A stretch of DNA of 64,000 bases, from positions 95,792,001-95,856,000 of the forward strand of contig CM052817.1 of NCBI GenBank assembly GCA_028534125.1. Reading direction: 5' to 3'. Of the stretch, positions 26,140 to 38,720 are shown piece by piece. Under the pieces are notes generated by a model. It had not been told where the DNA came from. It made no database searches and saw only the letters and a program-made list of their open reading frames with translations. Within the stretch, counting starts at the first letter, position 1. The number at the start of each line of letters is the position of its first letter. The translations under genes were made by a program, and so were the position numbers. The stretch is from Lama glama (lineage: Eukaryota).

Positions 26140-26796
26140 TCAGTGGTCATGGATGTGTGAGCTCAGATCTCCCTTCGAGAGAGCCTGTTGCAAGGAGTGT
26201 AGTTAGGTGATGATCTGCAGCTGCAGAACCTTCTGGATCCCATACAACATTCACACATACGGAAATCACGTTTTCGTGATGGTCTGAGAGTGGCAGGGGT
26301 ACCACAGCCTGGCCATTTCTGCCCAGTGCAGGAGTCTTCTCATGGATGATCTTGGCTATGTGGTTCCCTGTTGGGTTGGTTGAGACTTTCTAAGAGCTGC
26401 CCCACATTGCAAGGCTCTCCTCCTCCTCCTCCTCCTCCTCCTCCTTCTTCCAACTGAAGACTAGTTGATTTACAATGTTGCGTTTGTTTCTGGTGTACAG
26501 CACAGTGATTCAGTTACACATATATTCCTACCCCACCCTTCCTCCATCTCTCTCCTTTTATAGGTGCCAGTGCTATATCACAGTGTGAAGGTTCTCCCTG
26601 CCCACCCCTGCTCCCTCTGTCCTTTTAGTAGCATCATGGTAACCCCAATGGGGGAAGGAATCTCTTTTGTTGGGCAAATGCCTGCATAGAAACCGGACTT
26701 CTAATGGGATAAGAAAGATGGTACTTCCCCCAATAAATCTCTTGTATTTCTTTCTCATCCTGTCTTGGCACCTGCCTCCCAGAGGGAGGACTGACA
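26140..26796 (+). mobile_element. LTR16A-like 3' LTR containing a (CTC)n run and a short antisense L1 3' fragment (about 26455-26527)
   Basis: Shares GTCATGGA...CTCAGATCTCCCTTC, CAGCTGCAG, AAGGTT(T/C)TCCCTGCC, CCAATAAATCT and terminal CTGACA with the 5' LTR. Confidence 0.8.
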
Positions 26797-27739
26797 ACCA
26801 CTCTTTCTTATACTACAGAATTAAGAACCAAAAGTTAATATTTCTCCCCATTTTAACATTAAGAATGCCTATGTCATTGAAACTGAGAGAAAGATTTCAT
26901 TTACAGCAATAAGACTGTTTTTATTTTAGCCAAGAGCCATCCCATCAAGTGATTGCACATGTGGTACATCTGCTCAAATTTCCAGACCCCCAAACAAGCA
27001 AGTTTCGATTTATTTGTTTAGGTCTCTTCAAGTTTTGTTACTTTCCACAACTCCTTATCCTGAAACATCCAGGTCAATTTTTCTGCTCCCTCATCTGTTA
27101 AGAAAAATTCAAATTTCTATTGATTGAGAAGGAAACTGTAGCTATAAAAACACAATCTGACAGCTTCGAAGGGACTATTATGCTTAAATGGTTTTGAGTG
27201 TTTAATTTCATCTCCCAACCAGATTTTATGCAAACAGAGAGCAAGGTCTACACCTTATATTTCAATATCCCTCCCAGGCACTCTGTGCTTAACTAGTTTT
27301 TAATAAATAGCTTAAAAAAAAAATCTCTTCCTTGCCCTCCTTTCTTTCACCACCACCCTAGGATAATGGCCATTATTCCTCTCAGGGCCAAATCATCCCT
27401 TCCCTTGTTTTTCTTCTCCCAACATGCCTAAATATTTAAAGTTATTGTTTTTTAATTATAAAAGCCAATATGCTAACTGAAAAAAGGGAAATCATTAACC
27501 CTTCCATTCTCACCCGATGAGTAAGCAGTGGTTACAGTGTGGTCCAAAATGGTCAGCCTTATTCCTATGCTTGCCCAGAAATGCAGAAACAGGAACACTT
27601 ATTTGTACTATGTGTTTTGTTGACCAAAAAAATCACAATTAAGGAACTTGATTTTCTCATTCCTCTGTCTTAGTATGGAAACTCTGGCTCATTTTACTTA
27701 AAACTACATCATATTTCCAGTTATTGGCCAAAGCACAAT

Positions 27740-30390
27740 TTATTCAGTTTTTGTGTCTCCAAGTTCCTAATGACACTGAGCATATTTTCATAAAATGGAT
27801 AGTTATTTCTCTTCTGTGAATTGCATTTTCATACTCTTTATTTCTTACTTTTAAATCTCTAAGCCAATGGAATCTTATTTTTTGTGTATGGTGTGAAATA
27901 GGGGATTTATGTTTGTTTTCTTCCAGATTGATGGCCAGTTTATGGCATCATTTCAAAAATAAATCAACCTTTTACCTCTGAATTGAAATATCACCCTTTC
28001 CATAAGTTTTCACATACACTTGTATTTATTTTGGGATCAATTTCTAATCCACTGATAAATTTTTCTATCCTCCTTTTAAGGTGGTTTTGATTACAAGATG
28101 CGTGTTAAGATTTGGTAAGGAATTTCTCCCTGTCACAAGCCTTTATTTTTACATTTTTCTTGCCTATTCTTGGACATTCATTTATTTTTTATGAGAACTT
28201 TAAATTCATTTAATCCAGTTGTATAAAATAATTCAAAGTGATTCAAATAGAAATTGCATCATAGTTATATATTGATTTTTTAAATTGAAGTATAGTTGAC
28301 TTAAAATGTGTTAGTTTCAGGTGCACAGCAAAACAAAATTTATGTATAATTCAGTTATACATAAATACAAATAAATTCTTTTCCACTATAGGTTATTACA
28401 AGATATTGAATATAGTTCCTTGTGGGATATAGTAGGTCCTTGTTGTTTACCTATTTTATGTATAGTAGTGTGTATCTGTTAATCCCAAACTCCCTGTTTT
28501 ATCCATCCCTTCTTTCCCCTTTGGTAACCAGAAGTTTGTTTTCTATGTCTGTGAGTCTGTTTCTATTTTGTAAATAAATTCATTTGTGTCTTTTTTTAGG
28601 TTCCACACATAAGTGATATTACATATTTGTCTTTCTGTCTGACTTACCTGGTTTAGTATAATAATCTGTAGGTCCATCCATGTTGCTGCAAATAGCATTT
28701 TATTCTTTTTTAATGGCTGAGTAGTATTCCACTATATAAATATACCACTTCTTTATCTATTCATTTGCCAATGGGCACTTAGTTTGCTTCCATGTCTTGG
28801 CTATGGTAAATGGTGCTGCTGCAAACACTGGAGCACAAATATCTTTTTGAATTAGAATTTTTGTCTTTCTGTATCCATGCCCAGGAGCTGGATTGCTGGA
28901 TCATATGGTAACTCTATTTTTAGTTTTTTAAGGAATCTCTATACTGTTTTCCACAGTGGCTGCACTAATTTACCTTCCCACGAACAGTGTAGAAGGGTTC
29001 TTTTTTCTCCACAACCTCTCTAGCATTTATTATTTATGGACTTTTTGATAGTGGCCATTCTGACCTGTGTTAGGTGATACCTCATTGTAGTTTTGATTTG
29101 TATTTCTCTAATAATTAGCAATGTTGAGCATCTTTTAATGTTCCTGTTGGCCATCTGTATGTCTTCTTTGGAGAAATGTCTATTTAGGTCTTCTGCCCAT
29201 TTTTTGACTGGGTTGTTTGTTTTTTTGATATTGAGCTGTGTGAGCTGTTTGTATATTTAGGAAATTAGTCTCTTGTCAGTTACATTGTTTGCAAATGTTT
29301 TTTCCCATTCCATAGTTTGTCTTCTTGGTTTATTTATGGTTTCCTTTGCTGTGCACAAGTTTATAAGTTTGATTAGGTCCCATTTATTTATTTTTGCTTT
29401 TCTTTCTTTTGCCTTGGGAGACTGATCTAAGAAAATATTGCTACAATTTGTGTCAGAGAATGTTTTGCCTATGTTCTCTTCTAAGAGTTTTATGGTGTCA
29501 CGTTTCATATTTGTCTTTAAGTCATCTTGAGTTTATTTTTGTGTATAGTGTGAGGGAGTGTTCTAACTTCATTGACTTACATGCGGTTGTCCAGCTTTCC
29601 CAGCACCACTTGCTATATATTGATGTTTTAAAAAATTAACATGAACACTGCCTGGAGCAGCGATATGCCTCTCCACTTGTCCAGAAGTTGTTTTCTGTCT
29701 TTAAAAAATATTTCATAGTTTTTTTCCTATAGGTAATATTCTTTATTATTAAAAAAAACTTACCTGTTACTGTCATTGTTTATCATCATTTTTAAGAAGA
29801 TATTTTGAATTTCAAATTGCTTTCTTAAATATTTAAAATAAGTATAAAAATATAGAAATTAATATTCAAGGAAACAAGTGCCCTCCTCTCATACTTATTA
29901 GATTTTAACATTTTGACATATTTAAGAGGTCCTTATTTAATATATAAAGAAAGAAAGAATGTGGTAATGTTCTTTCATCTTCACTCTTTCCAGAGATGTC
30001 ATTACTGTCCAGAACTCAAGATGTAGGATTTCCATGCATGTAAATTTTGCTACCTATATAAGTATCCTTAAATAAGAGGTAATGTTTTGTGTGTTACAAC
30101 AAGTGAGATTTAAAAAAATCAGTTTCTATCCGTGACTAGTTACTACTGGTATTGAGAAAGGTCAATGATTTTTGTGTGTTTATCTTCATTTGAGATGTTT
30201 ATCAAATTCTTTTCATTGTAGGAGTGGTTTTTTTAGAATCTTAGGGTTTCTTTGCTCACAGTCTTAGCAAATGCAAATAAATACAATCTTATCTTTCTTT
30301 GGTGTAATATGCATACCAATTGTTTCATTTTCTTTTCCGCTTAATTAGGTAAATGTTCCAAATAATCTTGACTAATATTGTTCACATTTT
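27740..30390 (-). mobile_element. Old antisense L1M ORF2 fragments hosting a younger L1
   Basis: T-rich antisense L1 text such as TGACACTGAGCATATTTTCAT, TTTTGTGTATGGTGTGAAATAGGGG and AGAATCTTAGGGTTTC. Confidence 0.6.
28277..29613 (-). mobile_element. 5'-truncated cetartiodactyl L1 (ORF2 end plus 3' UTR)
   Basis: ORF 29257-29508 (IKLLEENIGKTF...KAKINKWDLIKL...CTAKETINK...WEKTFAN) is the L1 ORF2 C-terminus. TSD TATATATTGAT at 28266-28276 and 29614-29624. Confidence 0.93.
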
Positions 30391-30407
30391 GTGCAGAGCA
30401 CAGCTAA

Positions 30408-30566
30408 ATGGTTCACAAAATGTGGTCCCTGGACCAACAGCATGAGTTATCTCCTGAGAATCTGTTTGAAATACGAATTCTTGGGTCTCATGGCAGACCT
30501 ACTGAACTAGAAATTCTGAGGGTGGGACCCAGACCTCTGACACACACAGAAGTTTGAGAACCACTG
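30408..30566. mobile_element. MER5A-like hAT-Charlie element
   Basis: GGTTCACAAAATGTGGTCCCTGGACCAACAGCAT...AGACCTACTGAACTAGAAATTCTGAGGGTGGGACCCAG...AGTTTGAGAACCACTG. Confidence 0.8.
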
Positions 30567-30619
30567 GTCTGGAGACCAGTGCAGAGCTCCATTAGGCTGT
30601 TATTGGCCTCATCTTTTTT

Positions 30620-32340
30620 ATTTTTTAAATTGCTTTCTTGATCCCAATTTTCCCACCAGTTATCACTCCATTTCTTCTCTCGTTTTAGGAAAAAAAACTT
30701 TCCAAAAGAGTTGTCTGTCTCCAGCTCTTCTCTTCCCAGTCTTTCTTCAAGCCACACTAACTCGAGTTTCTATCCACACGCTTTGAAACTGCTCTTGTCA
30801 GCTCTGTAATGATCTCCATGTTGCTAAGTCTAATGACCAGACAGAGGCATTTGACAGTGCTTGTAACTCCCCTTTTTCGATATACTTTCTTTTTCTTCTA
30901 GGACATCATTTTTTTTTTTTTTTAGGGTTTCCTCCTACTTCTTGGCTGCTTTATATCAGTTTTTTGTTAGTTTCTCTTTTCTTCCTTCACCTTTAATGTT
31001 GGAGTGATCAAGGACTGAGCAACCAATCCTTTTCTATTCTCCATCTCACTCACTTCTTGGTAATCACATCTTATTGTTTTAAAAGCCACTATGTTCAAGT
31101 TGCCCAACTTAGCGAATATGAATAAAGGATGGACAGTGAAATTTAAATTTCAGATAAACAACAAATAATTTTTAATATGTGTTCCAAATATTACATGGGA
31201 CATGCCATATTAATTATACTTATATTAATATTATAGATATTAATTATTAACAATAATCATAATAGTTATATTAAGGAATTAATTACATGTCCCAAGCAAT
31301 ATTTGGGACATACTTACACTAAAAAATTGCTTGTTGTATATCTGAATTTCCAGTTTTTACTAGGTGTCTGTATTTTATCTGAAAATCATAATCTATGAGC
31401 CAAGAAACCCCCAAATTATACCAGCAGCCTAGATCTTTCTTAAAAACTCCAGAAATTGGTAACAATCTGTATTTCCTCTTGGATGGCCAATAGACAGTTC
31501 AGATTCAACATGATGCAAATTGTACTCCTGATATTCCCCATCCACAAATCGGCTCTCCCTGTAGCCTTCCTTTGTCTCAGTTGAAGGCAATGCCTTCCTT
31601 CCAGTCAATTAGGACAAACACTTGGGGCCATGATTTTTCTCCTTCCCTTTCCCTTACAACCCACGTGCATACAGTCAAGAAGCCATGTTGGTTCTACCTT
31701 CAAAAGGTCTCCAGATTCTAACCATTTCTCACTGCACTCCACTGCCATCCTGGGGCAAGCCACCATCATTTCTGGCTTCTGATAGCCTCCTAACTGTTCT
31801 CCATTCCCTGCTGCCTGCCTCTTTTTCTGCTACAGTCTGTTCTCATTTCAGAGACTAAAAAGATGCTTCTAAAATATAAGTCAGATGTTCTTCTTCTGCT
31901 CAACCCCGTCTCATAGCTGTCTCTCTCATGCGAAATAAAAGCTGCACTTTTTTCAATGCCTTACCAGGTCCTACATACTACAACCCTTGTTTCTTCTCTA
32001 ATATCACTTCCTATTACCTTCCCTTCACTTACACTCTTCTAGCCATACTGGCCTCCTTGTTCCTTCTAGGTATGTTCCCACCTAAGAGCCTTCTACTGGC
32101 TGTTTCCCCTTGTCCCAGATAGTCACATGCTTCACTCCCTCCCCTCCTTCAAGTCTTTGCTCAAATGTCACCTTCTCCGTGAAGCCCACACTAACCACTC
32201 TAAATTTGTGATCTATCCCCACACACCCTCATATCTGATATTCCTCACTCTACTTTTATTTGTCCATAGTGCTTCTCATTTTAACACGATGCAACGTATG
32301 CATTATGTTTATTAATTGATATCTGTTTCTTCTCCTTCAC
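30620..32340 (+). mobile_element. LINE-2 fragment
   Basis: GAAACTGCTCTTGTCA...GATCTCCATGTTGCTAAGTCTAATG; GTTGGTTCTACCTTCAAAA; CCTTCAAGTCTTTGCTCAAATGTCACCTTCTC. Confidence 0.8.
31097..31388. mobile_element. MER53 palindromic DNA element with an expanded centre
   Basis: AAATTTCAGATAAACAACAAATAATTTTT...CCAAATATTACATGGGACAT and GGGACATACTTACACTAAAAAATTGCTTGTTGTATATCTGAATTT match the recalled MER53 arms. Confidence 0.8.
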
Positions 32341-33789
32341 TCTAGCCTAAAATGATTAAAGGAATCCAAGGGAAGTTTCTTCTCCTTTTCTTTCTGTGAG
32401 TGGACTTGCCAAATACTCCTTACATCTACTTCTTTCTGAATATATTCTCTTAATACTATTAAGATCCTTTAATTTAGCTTGCCCCCCTCTTCCCAGCAAG
32501 ATACTGCAATTCATTCAAAGAAATAGGTGCTGAAGAGTTTTTATCTCAGACGAGTATTGTGGATGCCCAATGACCTCAAGATTAGGTGATGTCCAATACA
32601 TCTGGCTCCAGCCACATTAGTATAGACCTATAGGCATTTCTTTACAGAAATTTATGTAAAATTATATACACTCCACTGCAGAATTTGTGTCTTACTTTAA
32701 AAGCCCATAAATGCCCAACTATAGGGTTTTTCACTAACAAGGTATTTCAGCAAATTAAATGTTATGAGGCAATGTTTTATGCAGCGCATGACACATGGTG
32801 GGTCCTTCACAAATATGTTTCGATCCTCTCACAGTCTCTCTTTCTTAAAATGTACTACTTATTTAATCTAACATCTTTTTCCTAAGAGCTCTTGGCTCAA
32901 CAGAGCTCAGGTGAGTTTATAGCTATTACACCATTAATTCAACTTATGAAATCTAGTTACCAACTGCTATTACCCTTATTTTGTGGAAAGGGAAAGAGAA
33001 TTACATGTAAGTCAAAGTGATTTGCCCTAACTTTGATGTGTCGTTGTCACAGGGTTTCTTCCCATCAATTCTTGGTACCTCAAAAAGCCAATATTTGGTT
33101 GCAATTTCATGAGAGCCTTTAAGTGAAACTAGCTGTAAGAAATCAGCCTAGCAAAAATATTTTATATTTATTACACTTCCCTTGGACCCTTGAGATTCAG
33201 CAGCTCAGTACTGGAGAAGTGAGCAGTAAATTCTGAGGTTCATTTCATGCTGAGTGAAATGATTGAAGTCAACAGTCATTAAAGGTGATGAAAGTGATAA
33301 ATTCTGCTCCATATTTCAACTGTTTATCGTCACTGCTTATGCTCATCAATCAGCAAATTAAAAGATAGTGCCTGTATTGATATTGCTAGTCATTCAAATC
33401 ATTTATTTAACCACTCTCATAGACTATTCACATAGTAAAAGGGAGTTTTTTTTTAAACTCCACCAAATTTATAAAAGAGAGAAACATAAATCTAATTCAG
33501 CATGTGAGCTGCCTCGCAAATTACCTTTCTAAGAACTCTAAATGAAAGCTATGGATATTGGCTCCACGAGGAGTGCCCAAACCTGCCCACATCTGAATCA
33601 TCTGATTCATTAGATTTAAAAAAGCAAACAAACAAAAAAGCATGAACTCAATCTCCAAACATCCAGATTCAGTAGGTCTGAGCTGGTGGTTCAGGAATCA
33701 GTATTTGAAAAACATCTCTCCCCTGAATTAGTTGTAAGCTGGGCTGGGAATCACTGAGTTAAAGAAACAGACTGTTAGAATGAAAAGAA

Positions 33790-34028
33790 TTGAGAGTTTG
33801 AGATTTTCAGATACTAACTACTATATACGGAATAGATAAACAACGAGTTCATACTGTATGGCACAGGGAGCTATAATCAGTATCTTGTAGTCACTTATGG
33901 TGAAGAGAATATGAAAACAAATATATGTATGTTCATGTATGACTGAAGCATTTTGCTGTACACCAGAAATTGACACAACATTGTAAACTGACTATACTTC
34001 AATAAAAATATATATACAAAAAAAAAAA
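33790..34028 (+). mobile_element. L1 3' end with poly(A) tail
   Basis: ...GCTGTACACCAGAAATTGACACAACATTGTAAACTGACTATACTTCAATAAAAA followed by an A-run. Confidence 0.85.
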
Positions 34029-35687
34029 CCAGAAAAGAGAATGAGCTTGAAACTTCTCACCAATTGGCTGATTATTAATGCATCCAAGACAGACAATCCA
34101 ATTTTATTGGAAAGTCTTCATTCAGAATGTCAAACAGATAACTTTGCATGTTAGATTTCCTTTACAAACTGATGACCCATGCCATAAAAAGCCCATGAGG
34201 CCACTTTTGTAAATATGTGAGAGGGAGGCTGTATTAGATCCATGTCTTCCGATGGTACCACCCCTGGGTGTGCTACCTACCTGTAAGCTCGCAGATGCCC
34301 TAGTTTTTGCTTTCCCTCCCTACCATCACCCCCATCCTCACTCTCCCATCACTCTCACCACACTGCCTTGCCCCAGAGCCTTCTCCCACTGGGCACCAGT
34401 GAACTGAGTTCAAATATGAACCGAGGGGATGTGTGTGTGTGAAGTAATAGGCCTGAAACAAAGAGCTCATGCAGGCCCTGAGTACCCGGTTTATTTTGAT
34501 AAAGTCTTTTTAAATCATCACCCCACATAAGATCATATTTTTCTTTGCTGTATTACTCCCTAAGTCCTTTCCCTCTACTTAATTCGCACACTGAATCATT
34601 ACTGTCTTCGGATAGCTCTTCTGTATTCATCATTATTAAACTCCTTTCATTGATCTCTTCCTTTGCTCCAATCTGTCATGATTTTACAAATTTTAATTCA
34701 ATTCCTTCCGTGTTTGTAGTCCCTCCAGCATCACACCGTCTTCACATTTTTATTCAAATGATCTCCAGTCTATCTTCTGAGCTGATAGTTATTAGTATTA
34801 TGTGATGTTAATGAGACTATTTAAAAATATTGTGCTGCTACAGCACCTTATTAGAAGAAAAAAGTCTTACCTTGACACGAAGCCATTAATATTAACTTTT
34901 ATGTTTAATTTTTTTTTTTTGGTCAGTTTGGCATTCATTTTACAGCAGAGCGGCTTGCTTCACGTGTCTCTCGTTTTCCCCCGGGTGCTGTGTAAAGGCG
35001 AATGCTTTCCTAACACAGTGAAATAATCCCATGAAATGCTCACTTTGACACTGTATTTCTTTCACCAACAGAGCTTCTTCGTCCATCAAAGAAATAAATT
35101 CTCCGCTTTCTTCACCTTCATTAGTTCAGGTAAAAAACCAAATTCAAGGTGATGTTATAATAATATAAAGCCTTTGACATCAAGCTACAAATTCTAAACA
35201 TTTACAGGTAGTGCTGACGCTACCTCCTAAATTCATTCTGTAGAATCTAAGTTCTAGTCAATACAGGATTTTCAAGTTTCCCCAAAGAGCTGCTTATCTT
35301 GGATACTTCTTGTACATAAAAGAAGTGGGTGAAGATAAATTAGTGGATTAAGATATAGATGCCCCAGCACTTTCTCACAATTTCGTTTGAAATATGAGAT
35401 ACTCACATAAAGACGATAAACCTCAGCGGTGGCAGTCTGCCCTGATTTGCACCTTTTAGTCACAAATTCCAGCTCTTTCTAGAATCATTAAGTTTCAGAA
35501 CACTTGCGAAACCATCTTAAGCAAGGGTTTTCTCTATGTCCATATTAATAAACAAAAGTGTGAGGATTGTTTATGGGGGGGTGTTTAAGCCAAGAGGTCC
35601 ACCCTACTCCTCTCCATCACTGTTACCCAACGTTCTCTCTACTGCTCTCTCCCTCATAACCTCGGGGCTTGTTTGCAAACTGGGTTT

Positions 35688-35799
35688 AAAAAAATTAATT
35701 TACTTGGGGGGAAGGTAATTAGGTTTATTTATTTATTTTCAGTGGAGGCACTGGGGACTGGACCCAGGACCTCATGCATGCTGAGCACGCACTCTGCCA
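35688..35799 (-). mobile_element. 5'-truncated tRNA-Ala-derived SINE (Vic-1-like)
   Basis: GTGGAGGCACTGGGGACTGGACCCAGGACCTCATGCATGCTGAGCACGCACTCTGCCAC. Diverged TSD CAAACTGGGTTT / CAAACCGGGCTT. Confidence 0.82.
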
Positions 35800-37039
35800 C
35801 AAACCGGGCTTTTGACATGATGACTAGTTTACAGGCTGACGGCCTCATCGTCACCGCTTGCCCAGTTCTGAACTTTTTCATTCCCAATGGCTTACACTAT
35901 GGAGAATCTCCCTCCAGCAGGGTTTGTCTACTACTTCTGTTAATCACATTTCTGGGTCCAGCCCCTAAGGCATTTAATCTCAGCAGGACCTGGGGTCTGG
36001 CACCGGCTGTGTTTACCCTGGATCCCTCTGGAAAATCCAGATGGTGTCCATGCAACCACAGCTTAATTGGTCTGAAATGAAAAATATGGTTATTTCAGAT
36101 CAACAAGTTTTGTCAGTACAACTGAACCCTGTGGCATTGCCCTGAATGATGAAAAGCCTTAGGACACCCTCTGCCACACATGAGAATGTAAAAAAAAAAT
36201 GGCATTTTTAAGACATAAATTTATTCCTGAGTAGAAAAGGTCTCAATGATCACTGAACTAAAAGGGACTTCAAAGTCCATTCGTCTAATGTTTTCAATTA
36301 CTGGAGAGACCACACGAGGCAGACTTCCAGAGATGATCCCTTGAATTCTTTCCAGTTTCATCAAATATTAGGAACAGGAGAGAGGGATCTTGGAGAACAT
36401 ACACTTGACCTTCTCACTTAACAGAATAAGAAATATAAATTGCAGGGAAGCTAAGTAAATTTTCTAGAGTCAGAACTAGATCCCAGATCTCCAGTGTTGT
36501 CTAATCTCTTTCCTCGATCACTCTGCCTGACCTTAGTGTGAAAATGTTTCTGCTTCTCCAGACATTAGTAAAATGAGACCAAGATGCATTAGTAACAAGA
36601 TATTATAGTCATTATAAAGAAAATAATCGAGCATATGTTGGAAATCTCTGGAACGCTTTATCAATTGTACCCTATCATGGAATAGGACCATAGCACGTTA
36701 GAATTGGAAAGAACACATCATCCTCTCCACTCCAGTCCACACAAGAAGGCAATGGACATGCCTTACACCTATAGTAGCTTAGAGTTCACTAACCAGCAAC
36801 TTGTTCTTAAGTCTTTCCATTGAAGTTGCGACATTTGAAAGTCTCATGAGAATGTAGCTGAAACAACCACATGGAGAACTCAGTTTTGAAAATTCTCAAG
36901 TTCATCCACTGGAAGTGTATCTTCCTGATTCCAAATAGTTTCCTTCAACCCATGAAGCCAATAAAACTATGCCTATAAGGCATAACAAGCCAGTCCAAAT
37001 CCATTTAAAGATTTTAAGCAAAGGGAACATAGAAATGAG

Positions 37040-38720
37040 GTTTCAGATCTTTGCAAATCTCTTTAATCTCTGGCATAATAGGAGACAACAGCATTCTCAG
37101 ATATGCGTCTACATTCAATCTGTTGTACATCCTCTAAGTTAAAATATGAAGAAAATCCAGCTTGACTCAGATATGTAATTGGGAAAAAGAAGAGAATTTT
37201 GATAGCCTTTTCAAGTAACTGTGAGTACTCTCAGAGACCACACCAAAGCTTGACAAGTGGTCGTTTCTTAAAGGTTAGTTGCAGTGTGGAATCTGAAACC
37301 ATGCTGATAAGCATTTCCTGTCATGTTGCATTAAAATCGATTCAAAAATGATTTTGTTATGTGAATTGTTTATTTGGAAAATACGGGTTTAGTGAATTAT
37401 GTAGATCTTCCAAATGTTGACACACCTCACTAGGTGATATCAGAACCATATTCATTAATGTCACCACCGAACTCACTTAAAAGATGTTCAAGTGTTAGGA
37501 AGTTGTCAGGCTGACGGTGGCAAATATAGATTTTTAAAAATTCTAATTTTCACTTGAAAGCTCAAATTTTATTGTTGGTGACAAAAACTCTCAGTTGTTT
37601 TCCTCCAGGCGACAGGATCATTTCATTCATTTAAAAAAAAAAAAAGGAAATGTCTACCAAATACATCAACAGGAAAAACTATAGTTAGTCTGAGAGTAAT
37701 TTTTTAAGGAAAAATGGTATTCTGTGAAAAAAGGGGCTAGTTCAGCTGTGCTCAATCACTCCAGTACTTTTCCCAGAGATGTTCACTGTACTTTGAAATG
37801 CCCAGAAATGCTTTCTGTGTACTGCTCACTTCTTCACATAGGATATTTTAAAATCCTGTATTCAAAGGTTTATCTATGTTTCTATTCAAAAATTTAATAA
37901 AATTAATAATTTTTGCTGCTCTATCAAGGACATTCTTTTTTAAATTAAAGTATAGTTGATTTACAATGTTGTGTTAATTTCTAGTGTACAGCATAGTAAT
38001 TCAGTTAAGCATATATATATTCTTTTTATTATAAGCTATTGAATATAGTTCCTTATGCTCTACAGAAGGACCTTGTTGTTTATCTACTTTATACATAGTA
38101 GTTAGTATTTGCAAATCTCAAACTCCCAATTTATCTCTTCCCACCCCCTTCCCCCAGGTAATCATAAGCTGGTTTTCCATGTCTGTGAGTCTGTTTCTGT
38201 TTTGTACCCCAATGTTCATTGCAGCAATGTTTACAATAGCCAAGATATGGAAGCAACATCAATGACCATCGACAGATGACTGAAGAAGATGTAGTATATA
38301 TATGAATAGTATGAATACTATTCAGCCATAAAAATAATGAAATAATGCAGCAACATGGATGGACCTAGAGATTATTATACTAAGTGAAGTAAGTCAGACA
38401 GAGAAAGACAAATGCCGTATGATTTCATTTAGATGTGAAATCTAAAAAAAAGACACAAATAAACTTATCAAGGCCATTCTTAAGTGAAATTGGCATCCCC
38501 CACTGTGAGTGTGTGGTGGTGAAGAGTGAATGCAATGACCGCCAGGGCAACCTGGAGTCACCCCCTTGATCCGTGCTGTGTCGCTGGCAGTTTTCCCTGC
38601 CATCAATGTAGAAGCCAATGCAGTGCAAAGGCAATGTTTTAATTGTATTATAAAAATAGTTTGAGGCCCGCTAAAGGTTCTCAGGGCCCATAGGGTTCAC
38701 GGACCACACTGGGAGAATTC
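37040..38720 (-). mobile_element. Charlie1-like hAT DNA transposon (decayed transposase), interrupted by L1
   Basis: TGCAAATCTCTTTAAT...GTTTCTTAAAGGTTAGTTGCAGTGTGGAATCTGAAACCAT...AGATCTTCCAAATGTTGACAC...AATAAAATTAATAATTTTT...CAAGGACATTCTT, resuming AAGTGAAATTGGC. Matches recalled Charlie1a. Confidence 0.8.
37938..38465. mobile_element. L1 insertion with 5' inversion (twin priming)
   Basis: An antisense 3' end (37938-38206) is joined to a sense-oriented upstream segment (38207-38465). The 16-bp TSD is TATCAAGGACATTCTT / TATCAAGGCCATTCTT. Confidence 0.88.
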
